This document shows positions 58,700 to 64,000 of a stretch of DNA of 64,000 bases, in pieces. The notes beneath the pieces were generated by a model. The model searched no databases and was not told the origin of the DNA. It saw nothing but the letters and a program-made list of their open reading frames with translations. Source of the stretch: Entomortierella parvispora E1425. Lineage: Eukaryota > Fungi > Mortierellomycota. The position numbers and the translations under genes are program-made. How positions within the stretch are numbered: position 1 is the first letter of the stretch; each line of letters begins with the position of its first letter. The stretch is from assembly GCA_020891255.1 (NCBI GenBank), contig BQFW01000013.1:1860001-1924000 (forward strand), given 5' to 3'.

Positions 58700-59151
58700 A
58701 TGGCGGCAGGCACATTTACACTCTACTGTCTCATCAGCGGCAAGCCTGCGTCCACTGCCTTCAAAATCAGAATTTTAAACGCAAATGCGGACGTCGACGA
58801 CCTCAGGGACGCAATCTTCACGAAGAAATCGATTGCATTCGACAACACTGACGCCGACGACTTGATTCTCTGGCGGGCCACAATCCCTACTGATATGACT
58901 GCAGATAAAAAGCGCAATATCATGGTCGATGCTCTAAAGGTTAAGACAGAACTTGACAACCCAAGGACAAGGCTTTCCAGGCTCTTCCCAGAGAGTCCTG
59001 ATGAGACCACATACGTTGTAGTCGAGCGGCCCAAATGTATATTTTTTCGATGGTCGTCTTTCGAGTATAGCCGGGAGCCAGAAGGCAATTTTTTTCCCTA
59101 AGAACTACTCTGCCTTCTAGCTCCTTGGTCCGTGTGTGCTTACTGGACTAT

Positions 59152-59183
<32 letters not shown>

Positions 59184-60786
59184 AAAAAGTAGTGTCACAC
59201 TTCTAACATATCTCACACGTATAAAATAGTTTCCGAGAAGAGAGCAGCGTCGAACGATCAAGGTATCAGCAAGAATGATTTGCGCTTTTGGGCGAAGCCT
59301 TTTTGAACGTTAGACGCCTTTAATGCATTATTAACACTACAATATTATTCAAACAGATTCGACCCCCAAGAAAAGAATACGACTTGTTGAGGAGTGGAAA
59401 TCACACGTGGCCTTTGATGGGATGGTTGTTGATTTGCCTTCATCATTTATCGGCATGCTTAACAGTCCCCGGTTCAAGCCTGAGCCGCGAAGAAATTTTG
59501 CTCATCTCCTTGGCACCCTTACAGCTGGCGAAGAGATCTCTGCTCCGTCGCTTGGCCAAAAGCCTAAGGACTTTGGGTTGTACCAGCAACCAGACAGCTC
59601 TCAACTTGACGATCAACCTGATGGCTCTGACCATAACGATCAACGCGAAGACTCTGAGCTTCACCGGAAACGCAACAGGCTCTTCGTTACGAATCAAATG
59701 CTGGAGCTTTGGGAAGATATGGCAGCCAACCAGCCCCGACCATACCGACGAGTCTTGTCTGGTCCAATGGGAGTCGGCAAGTCGTATCTGTCATATTTTC
59801 TTGCAGCAAGGGCATATGCTAAAGGATGGCTCGTCCTCTACGTATCGGATGCACAAGACTTGAAAAGGGACGACGAGAACTTGACAGCGTTCCTGTTGGC
59901 CATGAGATTCATAGATCTAAACAAGGATGTTTTGACCGGCGCTGACCTGGAGACGCTTGTGGACGGCTACGACGGTGTGCGCGATATATCGAGGGTTATA
60001 CTTAGTAACATTTTCGACCCGCTACTCAGATCCGAAGATCGAAAGTCGCTGTTACTTATTGACGAGCATGGGAAGCTGTTTGAAGATAAACCCTATTGGC
60101 CAGTCAAATATTCGTCGTTGGTTCCTCTCCAGTCATTCGGATGGTGGGGAGAACTCGCTACAGAGTCTCGGGTGATTTTTACAGGAACTGCACACGCCAA
60201 GTTCGAGATGACTCTGTTAGAGGAGAGCTATAGGAAAACATGCGTTGTTTTTGTCGGCCCGCTCTCAAAGGCAGTATTCCTCAAGATTTTAGCCACACAC
60301 CCTCGATTGGATTTACCAGCAATCAGGGACGAGGTATTGGAGATTACGAACTGTGTACCACGGGAGCTTGTATATATGTCCGTCTTCGTTCGTAATTTCT
60401 CGGATCCTCTCTCGGTGGAAGACCTCAAAAAATGGATGGAAAGCCGAGCCTCAGAGTTCTTCGCGATTGCAAAGGAGTACACCTATTCTCGCTTCAAGGT
60501 TTTGCAAATGTCTTTCGCTAAAGCCCTTGTGCTAACGTTTCTGGGTAGCTTTAATAGGATCCACTACGAATGGGATTTCTTGGATCTGGGGCTAGTATAT
60601 CGAACCATGGAACTATCCGGAACTCGGCGCCATATTTTATGCCAACCCGCTCAGAAGGCTCTTTTGAAAATTTTCAGGTCGATGCCGATTCCTGAAGACA
60701 TCAGACGTCGAATTGATATCGGAATGCTTACTGGGGATGATTTTGAGACCGCTCTGTTTCATCAGCTCGTCTGCGCCACGAAATGA
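58700..60786 (+). CDS. Crinkler (CRN)-type effector: ubiquitin-like header plus P-loop NTPase (599 aa as spliced)
   Basis: Exons 58700-59036, 59230-59262 and 59357-60786 total 1800 nt. Header TLYCLISG...VDDLRDAI...DADDLILWRA...TYVVVERP; Walker A GPMGVGKS; Walker B LLIDEHG. Confidence 0.88.
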
Positions 60787-61274
60787 ATGCGACGGACATT
60801 AACAACAAAAATAAGCGGGTAGTCAGGCTGGATTTTTCCGAATTTGATACACTCAAAAGTGACCAAATTTCTCTCGGACCAGGCCATGAAAGTATCCTTT
60901 GCTGCGGATATCCACGTTTCGACTATATGCTTGGGAAGATGTTTATGCAGGTATCTATCAGCGACTTTTTGGTACACAACACCAGGTCGGCAAATATCGC
61001 CAAAGCCTTTGAAAACGGATCCAACAATGACCCAGATCGGAATCAGATTGAGTGTATCTTGGATGACATGTATGGGGGTAAACACACCGCGGAGATAGTC
61101 AACGGCAAATTTGCGGTCAAGAGAGGCGGCACTGTCCTGGCCGGATTTAAAATAATCTACCTTCGAGGCAGTCCTGGGAAGCTCTCACACCCGGTAACGG
61201 TCAATGATTTCAAGTATATTGAACACGCATCATTCGAGGGGATCAAAGAAAAGCTTTTCAACAACATCATTTAG
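60783..61274 (+). CDS. Restriction-endonuclease-like C-terminal domain of the CRN, in a separate frame overlapping the upstream stop (ATGA)
   Basis: MNATDINN...GYPRFDYMLGKMFMQVSISDF resembles CRN nuclease (REase-fold) domains; ATG 60783-85 overlaps TGA 60784-86. Confidence 0.65.
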   Translation: MNATDINNKNKRVVRLDFSEFDTLKSDQISLGPGHESILCCGYPRFDYMLGKMFMQVSISDFLVHNTRSANIAKAFENGSNNDPDRNQIECILDDMYGGKHTAEIVNGKFAVKRGGTVLAGFKIIYLRGSPGKLSHPVTVNDFKYIEHASFEGIKEKLFNNII

Positions 61275-61302
61275 TGCAAGGTCCCTTGAATAAAATTGTT
61301 TA

Positions 61303-61818
61303 TTGTGCCCTTCAAATTGTCGTATTTTAGTGCACAACCCCTTGGTGCAAAATCGATATTTGCCACCAAAGATTGGTGCAGATTTTGGTCTCTCTAATCT
61401 CTCACCCAAGACGGTGTGGATAGGTCGCAGGGATATTGCCAAAAGAACAGAGGACTTCTTCATTTCTGAAGCTTGGTATTTGAAAAAGACTTGTCGTCTC
61501 TCCCCCCCTCCTCCGCCCGCATTTGGTCTATCACCACCTCGGAAACAAAGCCCGGAAACTACGTCATTATCAGTATCCAAACGTGCACGGACGATATACC
61601 CCATGGGCTTCTCAATCCATGTTGTGGCCAAAACCGGACCTGCTCCAACCTGTAAAGGGTGTAGAGCTGTACTCCAGCTAGAGGAGCTTCGCCTGGTTTC
61701 GAAAACGTTGACAAATCCACTGAAGAGCTACACGGATGTTAGGTCGTTCCATAAGAGAGATTTTTCTGTATTAGAGCTCTATATACTGATGGAAGAAGGG
61801 TCGTATTACTGTATGTAG
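61303..61818 (+). other. Possible ORF or relic with a PARP-type zinc-finger-like segment
   Basis: HVVAKTGPAPTCKGCRAVLQLEELRL...FHKRD resembles zf-PARP (YAKSGRxxCxxC...ELR...WYHxxC) but lacks the last Cys. Confidence 0.25.
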
Positions 61819-61999
61819 ACTCAGACGCATACAGTAGAAGTTGAGAACCTGCCCAATTCTGGGCAGAAATGCTGTGAAATAAATAACAAGTCTCCGCACC
61901 CTCTTCGTTATTCATGGTCCGATGTTCACGAGTAAGTCACCACTTTTTGGTTTTTATGTGAAAGAAAGATCTTACCCAACGTCCTATCCGTGAAATTGT

Positions 62000-63844
62000 C
62001 TATCTACTAACGCCAGAGTTTCCATCCTCAGCGTCCTCCTCATCCTCGTCCTCCTCTTTGCGGCCTCTGCCCCAAAAGCGACTCTCCGACCTTCGCACAA
62101 ACCTGACCTTTGGCAGCAACTGCTCCACGAATTCCTTCATGGCCAGCTTCTCGTCCTCGTAGGTTGCCTGTGGCATCAGGTTTCCTCCCAACTCTCTCAA
62201 CCCCGACCAATGTCGACCCATCCACTCGTACTCGGCAGCACCCATCAGATGCTTTACAGAGCCAAAATGGAACGACCGGAGACGAGACAAGGTCGCGAGC
62301 TCATCCAGTCCAGCCTGGAGCGAAAAGTGCAAGGAGGTCTTGTTGGTTCGAGTCCCGACTTCTCTGTTCAAAGTGGTCGACTCGATAGAGAGTGCTCGAA
62401 GATGGTGAAGCCTTCCAATCTGGGCCATGATGGCGCGCTGTTGGTCTTCGATCTTTGTCAGCGCTGGGACATCCACAATGTTGATATGTAGCATCTCGAG
62501 CTTGGTGCATGCCCAATCCCTGATCTCCAGAGCACCGGCCGCAGGAGCAGCATCGTTCGCGTTCAAAGGAGGGTCAAAGAGATCTCTAGCCGCAACAACA
62601 GTAGCACGCAGATCCTTCAGTTCAGAACAGTGCCAAAGGATCGACCGGACCTGGTGGCTCGTGACAAGAAGGCAATCGATAATGTCGAGCGAGACAAGCT
62701 TGTTCCGCAGCCCATGCAGCCCATGGTCTCCCACAGCATGGCTTACAAAGACAACAGGACCTGCTCCGGCCAGAGCCTGTCCAACCTCATCGTCTGCGTC
62801 TTCCAACATTCCGGGGCCTACGATTCGCTCAATGGTATGCCTGCCGATTAGGGTCTTATTCAAGTTGAGGTGGGTGACCTGGGGGGTTCTGGCCAACAAG
62901 TCTGCGATATCAGCATCAGAGAGCTGGGTCCAGAAGAGGTCCAAATGGGTCAGTTTCTGAAAACGGAAATGCATGTCTGCACCCAGATTATTCACAAGGT
63001 TAGTGAAGTTCAAGATGGACCAGGAAAGCGATTGGAGCTGATCGCAATGATGGAGCAGTCGTGTTTGGTCCAGCAGGTTCATGCGACTGCCAAAGAGGAC
63101 CAACGTCTCGAGTTTTGGAAGCGACGGTTCAAAGTTGGAAGAGGCATAGGGCGAAATCGAAAAGCCTTCGGTCGTGAGCGGGTCAATCTGGACAATTGGC
63201 ACATACTCGCCTACTACTTCTTCTTGATCCTTGAGGACCGGCAGGGGCGGCTCCATAAAGTTGACATTGTGGAGTTCAAGATGGGGGACACGTTTGAGGA
63301 ACTTGTAAAAGTCTTGCGCCACGTTCGACTCTGCGCCGTCGCGGTCGTCGCGGGGTTTGATCAGGAAATCGTTGAGAACGAGGCGTTCAAGATTCTCGCA
63401 CTTTTGGAGTGCCTGGATGATCTCGTCGGTGAAGTCCTCGCCATTGTCCTGGAGCGAGTCTCTGCGGAGATAGACCTCCTTGAGCGTCTTTTGGCTCTGT
63501 AGCAAGAGCTGACAGACTTGAGGGCCCAGGCAGCGCATGACCAGCTTTTCGAGGCGACAGCACCCTGGGATCAGTTGGTCCACCAGGTACAAGTCCAGGC
63601 AGGTGAGCTCAAAGATATGGTTGGCATTTCGATGGAGGGTTTCGGTAGAGGGGCAGAGGGACGGGTCCTTGCTGATCTTCCATCGCTGAGGCAGTGGCAC
63701 CTTGCTCCAGAGCAATGGGTTGAGGGCACTATTCCACGTGCTGCAGACACAGAGGCAGACGAGGAGCTCGTTCCTTGAGAGCAGAGGACCGACAAGTATT
63801 AGAATTTCGGGGAGTAACAGCGGGTTCTTTCCTGGCAGAGTCAT
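62000..63844 (-). CDS. F-box-like plus RNI-like LRR protein (intronless, 614 aa)
   Basis: NPLLLPEILILVGPLLSRNELLVCLCVCSTW N-terminal F-box-like motif; LRR repeats; WACTKLEMLHI; SLQAGLDELATLSRLR. Confidence 0.88.
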   Translation of the reverse strand: MTLPGKNPLLLPEILILVGPLLSRNELLVCLCVCSTWNSALNPLLWSKVPLPQRWKISKDPSLCPSTETLHRNANHIFELTCLDLYLVDQLIPGCCRLEKLVMRCLGPQVCQLLLQSQKTLKEVYLRRDSLQDNGEDFTDEIIQALQKCENLERLVLNDFLIKPRDDRDGAESNVAQDFYKFLKRVPHLELHNVNFMEPPLPVLKDQEEVVGEYVPIVQIDPLTTEGFSISPYASSNFEPSLPKLETLVLFGSRMNLLDQTRLLHHCDQLQSLSWSILNFTNLVNNLGADMHFRFQKLTHLDLFWTQLSDADIADLLARTPQVTHLNLNKTLIGRHTIERIVGPGMLEDADDEVGQALAGAGPVVFVSHAVGDHGLHGLRNKLVSLDIIDCLLVTSHQVRSILWHCSELKDLRATVVAARDLFDPPLNANDAAPAAGALEIRDWACTKLEMLHINIVDVPALTKIEDQQRAIMAQIGRLHHLRALSIESTTLNREVGTRTNKTSLHFSLQAGLDELATLSRLRSFHFGSVKHLMGAAEYEWMGRHWSGLRELGGNLMPQATYEDEKLAMKEFVEQLLPKVRFVRRSESRFWGRGRKEEDEDEEDAEDGNSGVSR

Positions 63845-64000
63845 GGCGGAGAAGGGGAATCAACTCTGGACGAGATGAAGAAAGGATGCATTGCGAAGAG
63901 GAGGGGGGTCAAGGGAGGAGGGATGATGAGCCGATGGCAGAGTCATCAACAGTGAATCTATTTTGGGCGCAAAGACTTTCCGTCGTGGACTCTCTTGGTG

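Noticed and set aside
60770-60790. Programmed -1 frameshift joining the two CRN frames
   Set aside because: No X XXY YYZ slippery heptamer precedes the stop (ACG AAA TGA).

Overview
Eukaryotic, intron-containing (GT-AG) fungal genomic DNA. Gene-family content (Crinkler-type effector, intronless F-box/LRR and AIG1-like GTPase genes, FUSC-type transporter) suggests an early-diverging fungus, probably Mortierellaceae; this is inference. Positions 1-31.7 kb and 46-56.3 kb are mostly core genes: FLVCR-like MFS, NOC2, SOF1, ArAE/FUSC transporter, CENP-N/CHL4, LEA1, SET/MYND, enoyl-CoA hydratase, eIF3e, GGTase-I beta, atypical dual-specificity phosphatase, OST3, MPE1/RBBP6, cyclophilin B, dCMP deaminase, ZNF706-like and VPS45. 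Two accessory blocks (about 32-46 kb and 56.3-64 kb) carry transposon relics, two inverted-repeat (MITE-like) elements, tRNA-Lys(CUU), an aldo-keto reductase, a small secreted peptide, a GTPase, a frameshifted T5orf172/Mug113-like gene, a GH28 polygalacturonase, a Crinkler locus with an inverted pseudogene, and an F-box/LRR gene. Main observations not visible in the ORF track: (1) a 7-exon Abraxas/ABRO1-like (BRCA1-A/BRISC scaffold) gene; (2) a Crinkler whose nuclease-like domain is split off by an ATGA stop/start overlap; (3) an in-frame 138-bp tandem duplication inside GGTase-I beta; (4) a phosphatase domain split by about 420 low-complexity residues; (5) a near-perfect TA-flanked Tc1/mariner-type MITE. 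All family assignments come from motif recognition by eye, not database searches. Exon boundaries are manual predictions.
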